A stretch of 64,000 nucleotides of DNA from an uncultured bacterium (GCA_965368975.1 CBDUPA010000001.1:288001-352000), one strand, 5' to 3'. Positions 19,305-29,685 are shown, counted from the first letter of the stretch. Numbers and translations: made by a program. The notes: a model not told the origin generated them from the letters alone.

Positions 19305-20882
19305 TCAGGTGCGGATGGGCAGCGGCAGGACTTCGGTCGGCACGAGCAGGGAGGCGGCGTCGGGTGCGGGCATGTCGGGGGTGGTCCACAGGCAGCCATC
19401 GCGCGCGGCATGCCAGGGGCAGCTGGGGTAGTGCTGCCACCGTTCGAGGTCGGCACGCAACTGCTGGATGGAGGCGCTCGGGGCGCTGGCGTCGCGCAGT
19501 CGCGGCACGAGAGCGCACCAGCGACGTTGCAGCTCGGCGGGGGCGCCGTCGAGGTGGGCCCGGCTGGTTTCGTCGTCCAGCCAGCGTGCCGGGTCTGGGC
19601 GTGGCCAGGGCATGGCTGCTTCCAGCTCGACCAGGTCGAGAGTGATGGCGAAGAGGCTCCGGGGGAGAGGAAGAGTGCAGCCTTGTGCCGTCTCAGCAAT
19701 CCCCTGCGCTGCCGGCATGTCGTCTGCGCCTTCCTGTGCGGCGGACGTGCGCGCGCGCTGCAGCCACAGCCGGGCACTCTTGGGGTTGTCCATACCCAGG
19801 AACAGAAAGCCCTGCGCGGCCTCGACGCCGCTGCGCGGGCTGCCGGGAGTGGTGCGTGCCAGCTCCAGTTCCTGCGAACCCTGCACGATGTTGCCGGCTT
19901 CCAAGTGCAGCAGGGCGAGCTCGAGACTCAGGCGTCCACGTAGCTCGGGTTCACGCCGCAGGTCGAGGACTTGGAGCGCCGCGTCGAGCCGCACGGCAGC
20001 TTGACGCGGTAGCCCGTTCCAGGCGGCGAGCTGGGCCAGCTGGCGATACTGCAGACCGGCGGCGAAGAAGCTGCTGATGTCAAAGTAGAGTTCGGCGGCG
20101 TCGAGCCAGAGGTCGCGAGCGTGGTCCAGGTAGCCATAGGCGGCGTGCGTCGCCGCGCTGCAGCTGAGCCACAGCGCGTGGCTACGGATCGGCAGGTGGA
20201 CGCGGCGTGGTGGTTGCACGGTGCCGTCGCTGCCGCGGCCCCAGCACTGCAAGCGGCGGCGCGTTCGTAGGGTGTCTTCGGCGCGACGAAGCAGGCGTAA
20301 GGCTTCGTCGAGCTGGCCCTGCAGAGCGGTGATCAGGCCACCGACGCTGTCGATCTCGGCTTGCACCACGCGCAGGGTCGACCGCTCGCCGCGCCGTCGT
20401 TCGCTCAACTCTTGGAGGATGAGTTCGGCCAGGCCGAGCAGCTGACGCGCCGGCTCGAGATCCTTCCCGGAAGTGGCGAGGAAGGCAGCCTCGGCGCAGC
20501 ACAGGTGGGCGAGTTGCGGTCGCAGGACTTCGCTGTCCATTCGCGACAGCCGTTTGGGGAGGGTGGCCGGATCACCCTGCAGCAGCGTGTCGAGCTGGGC
20601 CCCGGTGCTGCGTGGGAAGTCGCGGTAGTTCGGTTGGCTCAGACGCTCGGGGGCCAACGTGTGGCGCAGCAGGTGCAGGCGCCGCTTCCCTTCGACTTGC
20701 CGAGGGGGACGGGGAAATCCAGTGTGCTGGCTGTACTCTTCCCAGCCGCGGATCCAGTTCGAACCTTGCTCCAACAACTCGTCCAGGGCCAGCAGGAAGA
20801 TCAGCTCCGGTTCCGACTCGGCGCCGATCTTGTGGCGCAGGGTCTGGGTCTGTCCCCACTCGGACTCGGAGAGACGGTGCAA
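19305..20882 (-). CDS. Alpha-helical TPR-like hypothetical protein
   Basis: 525 aa with TPR-like segments (GQLDEALRLLRRAE, LELALLHLEAGN); TTG start with an AGGAG SD upstream. Confidence 0.65.
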   Translation of the reverse strand: MHRLSESEWGQTQTLRHKIGAESEPELIFLLALDELLEQGSNWIRGWEEYSQHTGFPRPPRQVEGKRRLHLLRHTLAPERLSQPNYRDFPRSTGAQLDTLLQGDPATLPKRLSRMDSEVLRPQLAHLCCAEAAFLATSGKDLEPARQLLGLAELILQELSERRRGERSTLRVVQAEIDSVGGLITALQGQLDEALRLLRRAEDTLRTRRRLQCWGRGSDGTVQPPRRVHLPIRSHALWLSCSAATHAAYGYLDHARDLWLDAAELYFDISSFFAAGLQYRQLAQLAAWNGLPRQAAVRLDAALQVLDLRREPELRGRLSLELALLHLEAGNIVQGSQELELARTTPGSPRSGVEAAQGFLFLGMDNPKSARLWLQRARTSAAQEGADDMPAAQGIAETAQGCTLPLPRSLFAITLDLVELEAAMPWPRPDPARWLDDETSRAHLDGAPAELQRRWCALVPRLRDASAPSASIQQLRADLERWQHYPSCPWHAARDGCLWTTPDMPAPDAASLLVPTEVLPLPIRT

Positions 20883-21205
20883 CGATGAACTCCTTCTGAC
20901 TGCCTGGACCTCTGTTGGGATATGCGTATCGACGTATGTGAACCGACTCCTTGGAAAGCAAGCTTCTCTGTTCGAAGTATCCGCTTCGACATGTCTCGAC
21001 CGTAGGCCAACTTTCGAGGTGTAACCCTCGTTCGACCAAGTAGTTGGAAGCGGCTACCATGGAAACTCAAAGACACCGCGCCGGGAAGACGATTGCCAGC
21101 GCTGCCGCGGCGCGGTTGGAGGACAAACAAATCTCCAGCCTAGGGAGATCAAGGTGGCTCATGGACCTTTCGGCCCTGAGCCATACACGCAGTCTACATC
21201 GTGAA

Positions 21206-21227
21206 GCTTGATATTTCAATATCAGGC
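21206..21227. promoter_or_regulatory. Palindromic operator candidate
   Basis: gct-TGATATT-tc-AATATCA-ggc, an AT-rich dyad in the divergent intergenic region. Confidence 0.5.
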
Positions 21228-21341
21228 AGGCTTCCCCCCAGAGTCGCACCGGCACGCATCGCCGGTGCGCCAAGCAAACCCGCGGCGTTCTTCCGGGCCG
21301 TGGTGGTACCGGTGGAGCGTCGCTCGCATGGAGGAAATGTC

Positions 21342-21494
21342 ATGAGTGAGCAAGCGACGCTGGGCAATCGAGCGACCGTACCGAGTACCCGACAGCACAC
21401 AAGAAGGGCGCGGGGAGCGTGGATGGATCCTGTCGGCAGTCCAAACCTGTGTGGCCGCGGCAGCGGATCAAGAGGGATCCTCGCGGCTATCTGA
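21342..21494 (+). CDS. Putative 50-aa peptide (contains GAWMDPVG)
   Basis: GGAGG at 21330-21334, 7 nt upstream of ATG 21342; MSEQATLGNRATVPSTRQHTRRARGAWMDPVGSPNLCGRGSGSRGILAAI. Confidence 0.35.
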   Translation: MSEQATLGNRATVPSTRQHTRRARGAWMDPVGSPNLCGRGSGSRGILAAI

Positions 21495-21662
21495 GGTAGC
21501 GAGGCTCTCCGGGCCGCGGTAGGTGCCGCGGCCCGGTTGGGCTTGTGCCGGCAGAGCTCGGGCCACCGGGAGCGATCAGTTGCACTGGCGGCAGGGCCGG
21601 TATAGCATCTCAGACATCGTAGTGAATTCCGGCGTTTCGCGAGCCGATTCGGAGGAGCCAGC

Positions 21663-22994
21663 ATGGAACCAGCCGCCCTGGACGCAGCCCTGATCGATCC
21701 CATTTCCGCGCCCCCGGCAGCCGACGGCCCGGAGGTTTCGATGCATGCGATCGCGGACTTCTTGGAGGTGGTCACCGAACACGGCAGTTTCACCGAGGTG
21801 ATGTTGCCCTTGCTGGTCGACCATCCACGCTTCCGCGACGCCTACGCCGAGTACCTGGCGCTGGAGCGGCGCTTCTGCCACCCGCACCGGTCGGTCCTGC
21901 GCTGGGAGTTGCAGGGCCTGGAAGAGGATGTGCGTTGGCTGCTGGATCTGTCGCCCGACGAGCGAGATGTGTACCTCGCCCAGCCGGAGGCCGAAACGCT
22001 CTACAGCTGGAGCTTGTGCGTGCGGTTGCTCGAGCTGGCCCTCGATCTCGTGCACCGGCAGCCGGCGTCGGCACGGCGGCTGGCGCGGCTGGCCATTCGC
22101 CTCGCCGATGGGCTGCCGGCGCAGGACTTTACAGCCGCTGAGCGGCGTCAGCTGACAGCGTTGGCGCGGGCGCACGTCGGCAATGCGTACCGCGTCGAGG
22201 GGCGGCTGCGCCAGGCCGAAGAATGCTTCGAGGACGCGGACTCGGCGGTGTTCCGGGGGGGCTGGACGCTGCTCGGCCTGGGTGCCGAAGTCAGCGTGTT
22301 GCACTCCTACTTGCTGCGCGACCAGCGGCACTTTCAACGTGCTTGCTCGTTGGCCAGTGAAGCCCGCCGCCTGGCCCGGCGCGGGCAGCGGCCGAAGATC
22401 GAGGTCTGGGCGTCGATGAACCTGGCGTCGATCCACTTCTTCTCCGGCCACCCAGGCCAGGCTCTCGAGGAACTGGACCGTTGCATGCCGGTGCTGCAGG
22501 GGCTACAGCGCAGTGAGCAGAACGAACAATGGTATGTGCAGGCGCTGGGCAATCGCGCGATGCTGCTGGCACAGTGCGGTGCGCCCGAGAAAGCGCTGCA
22601 GGCGCTGCGCGACGCTCGGCCAGCGATCCGCCAGCACGGCAGCCCGGCGGACCAGGTGCGCTCGATCTGGATCGAGGCCGGTGCCTGGCAGCAACTCGGC
22701 GAGTGGACGCAGGCGCGTCAGGGCTACCAGGCGGTGATCGATGGCTTCCTGGGCTTGGCCCGGGCTTACGACGTGGCGCTGGTGACGCTGGAGCTGGCGA
22801 CGTTGCTGCTGCAGCGCGGCGAGACGGCGGAGGTGCGGCGGCTGGCGTCGCACATTCTGCCGGTCTTCCAGCAGCAGGGTGTCGACCGCGAGACACGCGG
22901 CACCCTGGAGTTGTTCCAGCGTGCGGCTTTGACGGAGCAGTTGTCGCTGCTCCAGGTATCGTCCTGGTTGCAGCAGCTGCGCGCGGTGAGCTGA
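21663..22994 (+). CDS. TPR-like helical repeat protein
   Basis: ARAHVGNAYRVEGRLRQAEECF, GHPGQALEEL, YDVALVTLELATLLLQRGETAEV; GGAGGAG SD. Confidence 0.8.
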   Translation: MEPAALDAALIDPISAPPAADGPEVSMHAIADFLEVVTEHGSFTEVMLPLLVDHPRFRDAYAEYLALERRFCHPHRSVLRWELQGLEEDVRWLLDLSPDERDVYLAQPEAETLYSWSLCVRLLELALDLVHRQPASARRLARLAIRLADGLPAQDFTAAERRQLTALARAHVGNAYRVEGRLRQAEECFEDADSAVFRGGWTLLGLGAEVSVLHSYLLRDQRHFQRACSLASEARRLARRGQRPKIEVWASMNLASIHFFSGHPGQALEELDRCMPVLQGLQRSEQNEQWYVQALGNRAMLLAQCGAPEKALQALRDARPAIRQHGSPADQVRSIWIEAGAWQQLGEWTQARQGYQAVIDGFLGLARAYDVALVTLELATLLLQRGETAEVRRLASHILPVFQQQGVDRETRGTLELFQRAALTEQLSLLQVSSWLQQLRAVS

Positions 22995-23057
22995 GTCGCG
23001 GTTCCAGGGCTGCCTACGGCCCCGAGCCGTCCCACAGCTCAGGGATTGGAGGCTGTT

Positions 23058-24500
23058 CTACAGCTGGATGTGCCCGGCGGTCTTGAGCCGCCAGAACAGG
23101 ATCAGCGCCTCGGTCTCGTCCATCGGTGAGATCTTGAGGATCGACTTGATGTCGTAGCGGCCGTCGAGTCGCGACAGGATGAAGCCTTCCTGCGCCGACA
23201 CGTCGAGCTTGGTCAGCTGGTCCATGGTGACTGCCAGCTTGGGCACTGCCCTGAGGTTGACGCCGTCTTTCTCCAGCGAGGAGCGCAGCAGACCCTCGAC
23301 GTGCTGGATGGTACTGGCCAAGGTCTTGTCGTCGGGGCGTAGACCTTTGGCCGAGCGCAGGTACTTGAGCGCCTTGTCGAAATCCTTGTTGCCGATGCGT
23401 TCGGACGCGGCGTTGAGCAGCGAGTCGGGGTCGAGCGGGGAGACGCCACCAGCTGCGCCTCCGTCGCTGTTGGCGCCCTGCTGGGGCATCTGTGGCTGCT
23501 GCTGCGGATAGCCGCCGGAGCCTGGCTGACCACCATAACCTTGCGGTGGTCCCTGAGGGTAACCTTGAGGCATCTGATATCCCTGAGGCGGCATCTGATA
23601 TCCCTGAGGCGGCATCTGGTATCCCTGCGGCGGCATCTGGTATCCCTGTGGCATCATCGGCTGCTGGTGCTGCTGGCCCCCGTTCTGGTGTTGCTGCTGC
23701 TGGTGCTGCTGGCCCCCGTTCTGGTGTTGCTGCTGCTGGGGTTGCTGCGGCTGGTTCTGGTCTTGTGCCGGTGTCTCGACAGGGACTTCGATGCGGATGA
23801 TGCGCGGCTTGATCACCTTGATGCGATGGGCGTTGAGGAGGCCGTAGAGCACGCTGCAGACGTGGAATTCGCTGGAGTGTGTCTGCAGGCGGATCTCTTC
23901 CACCGTGCGCTCGTCGTTGATCGCCATCATGACGGTCCGCGAGGCGGGGTCGAGGTCCGGGTCCTGCGGGTCGCTGACCAGCACCGGGACGCAGTGCTTG
24001 TTGGAGATGCGCTCGCGGATGCGGTGCCACTCGTCGACGCGGCGCGCCCCCTCCATGATGATGCCGGTGACGTCGAGGTTGAGCGGCACCATGATCTTGT
24101 CGGGCACTTCGTCGTCGATGAAGCGGAACTCGCCCTCGGACCAGGTGAAGATGTCGTAGATACTCTCTTCGGCCTTGAGGCGCAGGAGCTTCTGCAGTTG
24201 CGCTTGCTCGACAGCGCCCTGGTCGACCAGGATCTTTCCCAGCAGCTGCTTCTGCACTTCCTGCTGCTGGATGGCGGCGTTGAGTTGCTCTTCGGAGATC
24301 AAGCCCTGCGAGACCAGGAAGTGCCCCAGGTACTCGTTGGGATCGGTCGAGGCGGAGGACTCCAGCTTGCCGCCCTTGAGGAAGATGCGCTTCTCGACTT
24401 CACCGCTGTGAATGACCAGAGTTCCGGTCTTCTGCCCCTGGGACAACCACTGCAGCAGCTCGGCGAGCTGCATGGTCTTGAGGTTGCCAGTGATGCTCAT
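23058..24500 (-). CDS. DUF4388 (PatA-N-like) domain protein with Q/P-rich linker and C-terminal TPR
   Basis: MSITGNLKTMQLAELLQWL..KTGTL, LGHFLV, LGKILV, IFTWSEGEFRF, MEGARRVDEW. Confidence 0.88.
   Translation of the reverse strand: MSITGNLKTMQLAELLQWLSQGQKTGTLVIHSGEVEKRIFLKGGKLESSASTDPNEYLGHFLVSQGLISEEQLNAAIQQQEVQKQLLGKILVDQGAVEQAQLQKLLRLKAEESIYDIFTWSEGEFRFIDDEVPDKIMVPLNLDVTGIIMEGARRVDEWHRIRERISNKHCVPVLVSDPQDPDLDPASRTVMMAINDERTVEEIRLQTHSSEFHVCSVLYGLLNAHRIKVIKPRIIRIEVPVETPAQDQNQPQQPQQQQHQNGGQQHQQQQHQNGGQQHQQPMMPQGYQMPPQGYQMPPQGYQMPPQGYQMPQGYPQGPPQGYGGQPGSGGYPQQQPQMPQQGANSDGGAAGGVSPLDPDSLLNAASERIGNKDFDKALKYLRSAKGLRPDDKTLASTIQHVEGLLRSSLEKDGVNLRAVPKLAVTMDQLTKLDVSAQEGFILSRLDGRYDIKSILKISPMDETEALILFWRLKTAGHIQL
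23520..23760. repeat. Coding tandem repeats: MPPQGYQ (21 bp, x~4) and QQQHQNGGQQH (x2)
   Basis: ggcatctg(a/g)tatccctg.ggc units and tgctgctggcccccgttctggtgttgc units. Confidence 0.9.
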
Positions 24501-24553
24501 GCCGTGGTGCTCATGCGGTGGTGTTGCCCTGGGTGGCTGGCTGGGTCGGGGGA

Positions 24554-25042
24554 TCAGGAGCGCGCGCGCGTCGTGCCCGTCTGTCCCTGGTAGTGGCTGG
24601 AGGAACCCGGGGCCCCGTAGGGCACTTCAGGCTCGGCTTCCATGGAGATGAAGATCAGCTGCGCAATGCGCCGGCCGGCTTCGAGCACGAACGGCTCGGG
24701 GCCGAGGTTCTGCAGCTCCAGCGTGATGTTGCCTTCGAAACCGGGATCGCACCAACCCGCCAGGCTGTGGTTGATCCAGAGCCGCCCGAGGGTCGATTTC
24801 AGCTTGAGGTCGCACGCTACGTCCTTGGGGATACGGACGTACTCGAGCGTGGACGCCAGCACGACCTCGCCAGGAAACAGCTTGATGTGTGGCGCACTGA
24901 ACTCTTCCGGGTCGCGGGTCGGGCAGATCCAGTGCTCACTGACCCGCACGTCGAAGCTGGCGGAGTTCACCTGCTCGGGCGCGAAAGGGGCGGCTCCACC
25001 TTGTTCGCCCCAGCGCCGGATCCAGCGATCAGGCTTGATCAT
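24554..25042 (-). CDS. dcd: dCTP deaminase
   Basis: MIKPDRWI start; [41 protein letters not shown]. Confidence 0.92.
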   Translation of the reverse strand: MIKPDRWIRRWGEQGGAAPFAPEQVNSASFDVRVSEHWICPTRDPEEFSAPHIKLFPGEVVLASTLEYVRIPKDVACDLKLKSTLGRLWINHSLAGWCDPGFEGNITLELQNLGPEPFVLEAGRRIAQLIFISMEAEPEVPYGAPGSSSHYQGQTGTTRARS

Positions 25043-26016
25043 AGCTTGACGACGCCCTCGTCGGTATCGCGGTGGATCGTGTCGACAAAGCGGATGATAC
25101 GGCGCGACAGGGACATGAACAGCGTGTGGGTGCGGCTGCCGGTGCCGAAGAAGCGGGCGCCGCGCAGCAGCTCGCCGTCGGTGACGCCGGTGCAACTGAA
25201 GATCAGGTGCTCCCCGGGTGCCAGGTCCTCGGTGCTGTAGATGCGGTCACGGTCGGTGATGCCGAGGTCGGTGAGGCGCTGCTCCTGGGCGTCGCTGAGC
25301 GCTTTCAGGCGTGCCTGGATCTCGCCTCCCAGGCAGCGCATGGCGGCTGCTGACAGCACACCCTCGGGTGCGCCGCCGGTGCCCATCACCGCGTGCACGC
25401 CGGTGCCGCGGACGGCGGCCGCGATGCCCGCGGAGAGGTCGCCGTCGCGGATCAGGCGGATGCGCGCGCCGGCCGCGCGAATGTCGGCGATCAGCTGACG
25501 GTGGCGGTCACGGTCGAGCACCATGATCGTCAGGTCGGAGACCTCGCGGTCGAAGGCGCGCGCGATGTTGCGCAGGTTCTCGGCCACCGGGGCGTCCAGA
25601 TGGACGTGGCCGCGCGCCGTCGGTCCGACGATGATCTTTTCCATGTAGGTGTCGGGCGCGTGCAGCAGGCCGCCGCTCTCCGACGCCGCCAGCACCGCCA
25701 CCGCGCCGGCCGCGCCGCTGGCACACAGGTCGGTGCCTTCGAGCGGATCGACCGCGATATCGACGCCGTCTTCTTCACGGTTCTTGGACGCGCCCAGTTC
25801 TTCGCCGATATAGAGCATCGGCGCTTCGTCGCGCTCACCCTCACCGATCACTACGCGGCCGGCGATCGGCATGGCGCCGAGTTCCTGGCGCATCGACTCC
25901 ACCGCCACGCGGTCCGAGTGCTTGGCATCGCCGAAGCCCATGGTCTGCGCGGCGGCCAACGCGGCACGTTCGGTGACCTGGATGAAGCCTTGTTCGAGGA
26001 ATGCATTCAAGGGCAT
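25039..26016 (-). CDS. glpX: Class II fructose-1,6-bisphosphatase
   Basis: [45 protein letters not shown]. Confidence 0.95.
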   Translation of the reverse strand: MPLNAFLEQGFIQVTERAALAAAQTMGFGDAKHSDRVAVESMRQELGAMPIAGRVVIGEGERDEAPMLYIGEELGASKNREEDGVDIAVDPLEGTDLCASGAAGAVAVLAASESGGLLHAPDTYMEKIIVGPTARGHVHLDAPVAENLRNIARAFDREVSDLTIMVLDRDRHRQLIADIRAAGARIRLIRDGDLSAGIAAAVRGTGVHAVMGTGGAPEGVLSAAAMRCLGGEIQARLKALSDAQEQRLTDLGITDRDRIYSTEDLAPGEHLIFSCTGVTDGELLRGARFFGTGSRTHTLFMSLSRRIIRFVDTIHRDTDEGVVKL

Positions 26017-26219
26017 GGAGGGCTCCTCTTCGTCTGGCCGCTTCGTCTCGTCGCTTCTTCTGGCCGAAGATGGCCGATCGGACCCGGGCCGTGGAATTGC
26101 GTGTTCAGATCTTGCGTCCCGGGCGGTCACGGTCGACGCCCGGGCCTTCGGTACTTCGAGCCGGTGGGCAGGGCTAGTTCGTGCCTCGGCCCGCGTGCCT
26201 CGATCTGCTGGCTAGAGAT

Positions 26220-27413
26220 CTAGGCCTTGTTCGACAGCTGCGGTGCGTTGAACGCTGGTATGCCGGTGACCGCCTCGCCGATGATCAAGGCGTGGATGTC
26301 GTGCGTGCCCTCGTAGGTGAACACGGACTCGATGTTCAGCATGTGGCGGATCACCGGGTAGTCGTCGACGATACCGTTGGCACCCAGGATCTCACGCGCC
26401 AGGCGAGCGCACTCGCGTGCCACCCAGACGTTGTTCCGCTTGCCCATCGAGATCTGGTAGTGCTTGATCTTACCGGCGTCCTTGAGCTTGGCCATCTGGA
26501 AGGCGAGCAGCTGTCCCTTGGTGATCTCGGTGATCATCCAGGCCAGCTTCTCCTGCACCATCTGGTGGCAGGCGATCGGCTGACCATTGAACTGGATGCG
26601 CTCGCCAGCGTAGGTCAGTGCCGTATGGTACGTCTCCATGGCCGAGCCGATGCCGCCCCAGGCGATGCCATAACGCGCCTGGTTGAGGCACATCAGCGCG
26701 TTCTTCAGGCCGACCGTCTTGGGCAGCATGTTGTGCGCCGGAATGCGGCAATCCTGGAAGCCGAGTTCCGAAGTCACCGACGCGCGCAAGCTGAACTTGC
26801 CGTGCTGGTCGGACGAGGTGTAGCCGGGCGTGCCCTTCTCGACCAGGAAGCCGCGGACGCCGTCGTCTGTCTGCGCCCACACCACCGCGACATCGGAGAC
26901 CGAGCCGTTGGTGATCCACTGCTTGGAGCCGTTGAGCACCCACTCGTTGCCGTCGCGGCGGGCGGTGGTGCGCATGCCGCCGGGGTTGGAGCCGAAGTCC
27001 GGCTCGGTGAGGCCGAAGCAGCCGATCGCTTCGCCGGAGCCGAGTGCCGGCAACCAGCGCTCTTTCTGCTCGTCCGAGCCGAAGGCGTAGATCGGGTACA
27101 TGACCAGCGAACTCTGCACCGAGACGAAGCTACGCAGGCCTGAGTCGCAGCGCTCCAGCTCCTGCATGATCAGACCGTAGGCGACGTTGTTGAGGCCGGG
27201 CAGGCCGTATTCGTCGATGGTGGCGCCGAACAGGTTCAGTTCGCCCATCTCACGCGCCAGCTCCATCGGGAAGGTGGCTTCGCGGTGACACTCTTCAATG
27301 ATGGGCATGACCCTGTCGTCCACGAAGTCGCGGACGGTCTGGCGCACCAAGCGCTCTTCGTCGGTCAGCAGGGTATCGAAGTCGATGAAATCCACACCGG
27401 GAAAGCGGCTCAA
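26220..27413 (-). CDS. gcdH: Acyl-CoA dehydrogenase (glutaryl-CoA dehydrogenase-like)
   Basis: ELERCDSGLRSFVSVQSSL, GCFGLTEPDFGS, LNQARYGIAWG, YEGTHDIH. Confidence 0.88.
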   Translation of the reverse strand: MSRFPGVDFIDFDTLLTDEERLVRQTVRDFVDDRVMPIIEECHREATFPMELAREMGELNLFGATIDEYGLPGLNNVAYGLIMQELERCDSGLRSFVSVQSSLVMYPIYAFGSDEQKERWLPALGSGEAIGCFGLTEPDFGSNPGGMRTTARRDGNEWVLNGSKQWITNGSVSDVAVVWAQTDDGVRGFLVEKGTPGYTSSDQHGKFSLRASVTSELGFQDCRIPAHNMLPKTVGLKNALMCLNQARYGIAWGGIGSAMETYHTALTYAGERIQFNGQPIACHQMVQEKLAWMITEITKGQLLAFQMAKLKDAGKIKHYQISMGKRNNVWVARECARLAREILGANGIVDDYPVIRHMLNIESVFTYEGTHDIHALIIGEAVTGIPAFNAPQLSNKA

Positions 27414-27584
27414 AACGGGATCCTCCGGGAGGGTAGGGTCGGGGTATTTCAGTCAGGGTTTCGGGACGAGCCCTGGAACAGGCGAGATCGCGGCACCCGA
27501 TCGAGACGAGCTTGGGGCCGAGGGGAGATCATAGCATGGGGCAGGCGCCTTCTAGGCAGGGATTTCGCGGTAACATCGGCGGCC

Positions 27585-28643
27585 ATGGACACCGACTTCA
27601 GCACGATCCGCATGCTCGCCGCTCTTCTTGCCGCCATTGGTTTCACCGCCTGGGTCGTGGAGCGTTCGAAGGGGCGGCTGGCAGCGCCAGGGCTGCAGGA
27701 TCCGGGTCGCCGGCTGGTGGCTTTCGCGCTGCTGTGCTGCATGCTGCTGCTGGCGTGTTTCTACCCGCTGGTGTACTGGGACCAGCCACCCGACATCGAT
27801 CCGGAACAGCTCTGGATTCCGTCCCTCTTCCTGGTGCAGACGCTGCTGCTGCTGACGGTCGCCGGCTGGTTCCTCGCGGCCTTCGCTGGGTGGCCCGCAA
27901 CCCGGCGCGTGTGGGTGCGGCCGCGTTCCGTAGAAGATTCGGTTATTGAGCTCTTGGGTGGCGAAGATCTTCGCGCTGAGGGGGCTGAGCCCGAGGAAGT
28001 TGTGGTTTCTGGCGCGGAATCCGTGCAGACTTCGGCGACGGAAGATGCCGATGAGCCGGTCGAGGTTCTGGAACGGGTGCATCAAGGCTGGTGGCGTGAG
28101 CTGCGACGTCAATGTGGCCTGGAGGCGGAGCGTCCAGGCCACGAATTGCTCCTGGGCATCGGGCTCGGAGTGGGCGTCTGGTTCGCGCTGATGGTGACGC
28201 TGATGGTCTTGGGAGGCCTCTTCGTGCTGCTCTTCGGCCCCGACGCGCTACCGGAGCAGGGGGCGGCCGAGGGCGTGATGCTGATCGTCGGCCTGCCGGT
28301 GTGGGTACGCATCGCGCTCAGCGTCGCGGCTGGGGTGAGCGAGGAGATCTTCTTCCGTGGCTTCTTGCAAGCACGCGTGGGGATCTTGGTGGCGTCGTTG
28401 CTCTTCGCCTGCGCCCACTTGAGCTACGGTCAGCCGACCATGCTCATCGGGCTGACGATGCTGTCCTTCGCCTTCGCTTTCATCGTTCGCTGGCGCGGCA
28501 ATGTGCTGGCGGTGATCGTGGCGCACGCCGTTTTCGATCTGATTCAGATGCTGGTGATGATCCCGCTGTTCACGGAATTGCAGGAGATACTGCCGGAGTT
28601 GGAAGAGCTGAGTGGTGCCGCGGTGTTGCTCCTGGGAGGATGA
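27585..28643 (+). CDS. CPBP family (CAAX/Abi) intramembrane glutamic endopeptidase
   Basis: EEIFFRGFLQ, FACAH, HAVFD; multiple TM helices. Confidence 0.88.
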   Translation: MDTDFSTIRMLAALLAAIGFTAWVVERSKGRLAAPGLQDPGRRLVAFALLCCMLLLACFYPLVYWDQPPDIDPEQLWIPSLFLVQTLLLLTVAGWFLAAFAGWPATRRVWVRPRSVEDSVIELLGGEDLRAEGAEPEEVVVSGAESVQTSATEDADEPVEVLERVHQGWWRELRRQCGLEAERPGHELLLGIGLGVGVWFALMVTLMVLGGLFVLLFGPDALPEQGAAEGVMLIVGLPVWVRIALSVAAGVSEEIFFRGFLQARVGILVASLLFACAHLSYGQPTMLIGLTMLSFAFAFIVRWRGNVLAVIVAHAVFDLIQMLVMIPLFTELQEILPELEELSGAAVLLLGG

Positions 28644-28803
28644 CTTCCGGGCGGGATTCGGTAGGTGTGCGCTCGGAGACCGAATCTGGCCAGAGGCTTC
28701 GGTCTGGCAAGTGGGGGCGATCTGGTAAACTACGTCGCCGGCTCGTCACGATGGCTCCAGCGCTCCAGCGGCCTGACGCGACGCCCAGCAAGCGAAACGA
28801 AAC

Positions 28804-29265
28804 ATGACAACGGCACGGTCACAATTCCAGCTCAAGATCGGCAGTCGCTTCGAGAACATCGATCTCGTGCAGGTGACGCTCGACGACGCCCTGCGAGAGA
28901 TGGGGCTCGACGAGGACGCCCGTCACTGGATCGACTTGGCGGTGCGCGAGGCGGTCGCCAACGCCATCAAGCACGGCAACGGCCAGGATGCTGACAAGCA
29001 AGTACGCGTCACCTGTGAGTTGCAGGACGGTCACCTGGTGATCGAGGTGCACGACGAAGGCGAAGGCTTCGATGCCTCGCAGCTGCAAGATCCGCTGTCG
29101 CCGGAAAACCTGCTGCGTCCGAATGGTCGCGGTATTTTCTACATGCGCAACTTCATGGACGCCATAGACTTCGGCACCTCTCCGAAGGGCGGCACCATCG
29201 TGACGCTGCGCAAGAATCTGGAAGGGCTGACCGACAGCGAAAGCGAGTCGGACGATGCCACGTGA
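28804..29265 (+). CDS. rsbW: Anti-sigma factor Ser/Thr kinase (RsbW/SpoIIAB-like)
   Basis: LAVREAVANAIKHGN, DEGEGFD, GRGIFYMRNFMD. Confidence 0.9.
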   Translation: MTTARSQFQLKIGSRFENIDLVQVTLDDALREMGLDEDARHWIDLAVREAVANAIKHGNGQDADKQVRVTCELQDGHLVIEVHDEGEGFDASQLQDPLSPENLLRPNGRGIFYMRNFMDAIDFGTSPKGGTIVTLRKNLEGLTDSESESDDAT

Positions 29266-29349
29266 CCTTCGATCAGCCAACCTATAGAACAGCCAACAAC
29301 GGGGCGCCCACCGGAGCCCCTCGACCCTAGTTACGGAGGAAGTGGATTC

Positions 29350-29685
29350 ATGAAGATTGACGTGCACCAGAAGGGCGGGGTCACCGTGTTGGCTCCCAAG
29401 GGCAAGGTGACCATCGGCCAGGGCGACGTGGCTCTGCGCCAGGCGGTTCACGAGGCGCTGGAAGCCGGCGGGCGCAACCTGCTGATGGACCTCGGAGGCG
29501 TCTCGACGATGGATTCCTCCGGCATCGGTGAACTGGTCAGCGCCTACACGACGGTGACCAACCGCGGTGGCAAGCTCAAGTTGCTCAACATGCCGTCGAA
29601 AGTGGCGGACATCCTGCAGATCACGCAGCTGATCACGGTCTTCGAGGTGTTCGACAACGAAGCCGAAGCCATCGCGTCGTTCTAA
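29350..29685 (+). CDS. rsbV: STAS-domain anti-anti-sigma factor (RsbV/SpoIIAA-like)
   Basis: MDSSGIGELV; GGKLKLLN; LQITQL. Confidence 0.9.
   Translation: MKIDVHQKGGVTVLAPKGKVTIGQGDVALRQAVHEALEAGGRNLLMDLGGVSTMDSSGIGELVSAYTTVTNRGGKLKLLNMPSKVADILQITQLITVFEVFDNEAEAIASF

Noticed and set aside
21059-21211. Second 50-aa ORF in the TPR intergenic region (METQRHRAGK...)
   Set aside because: No convincing SD or motif, and it runs into the candidate operator
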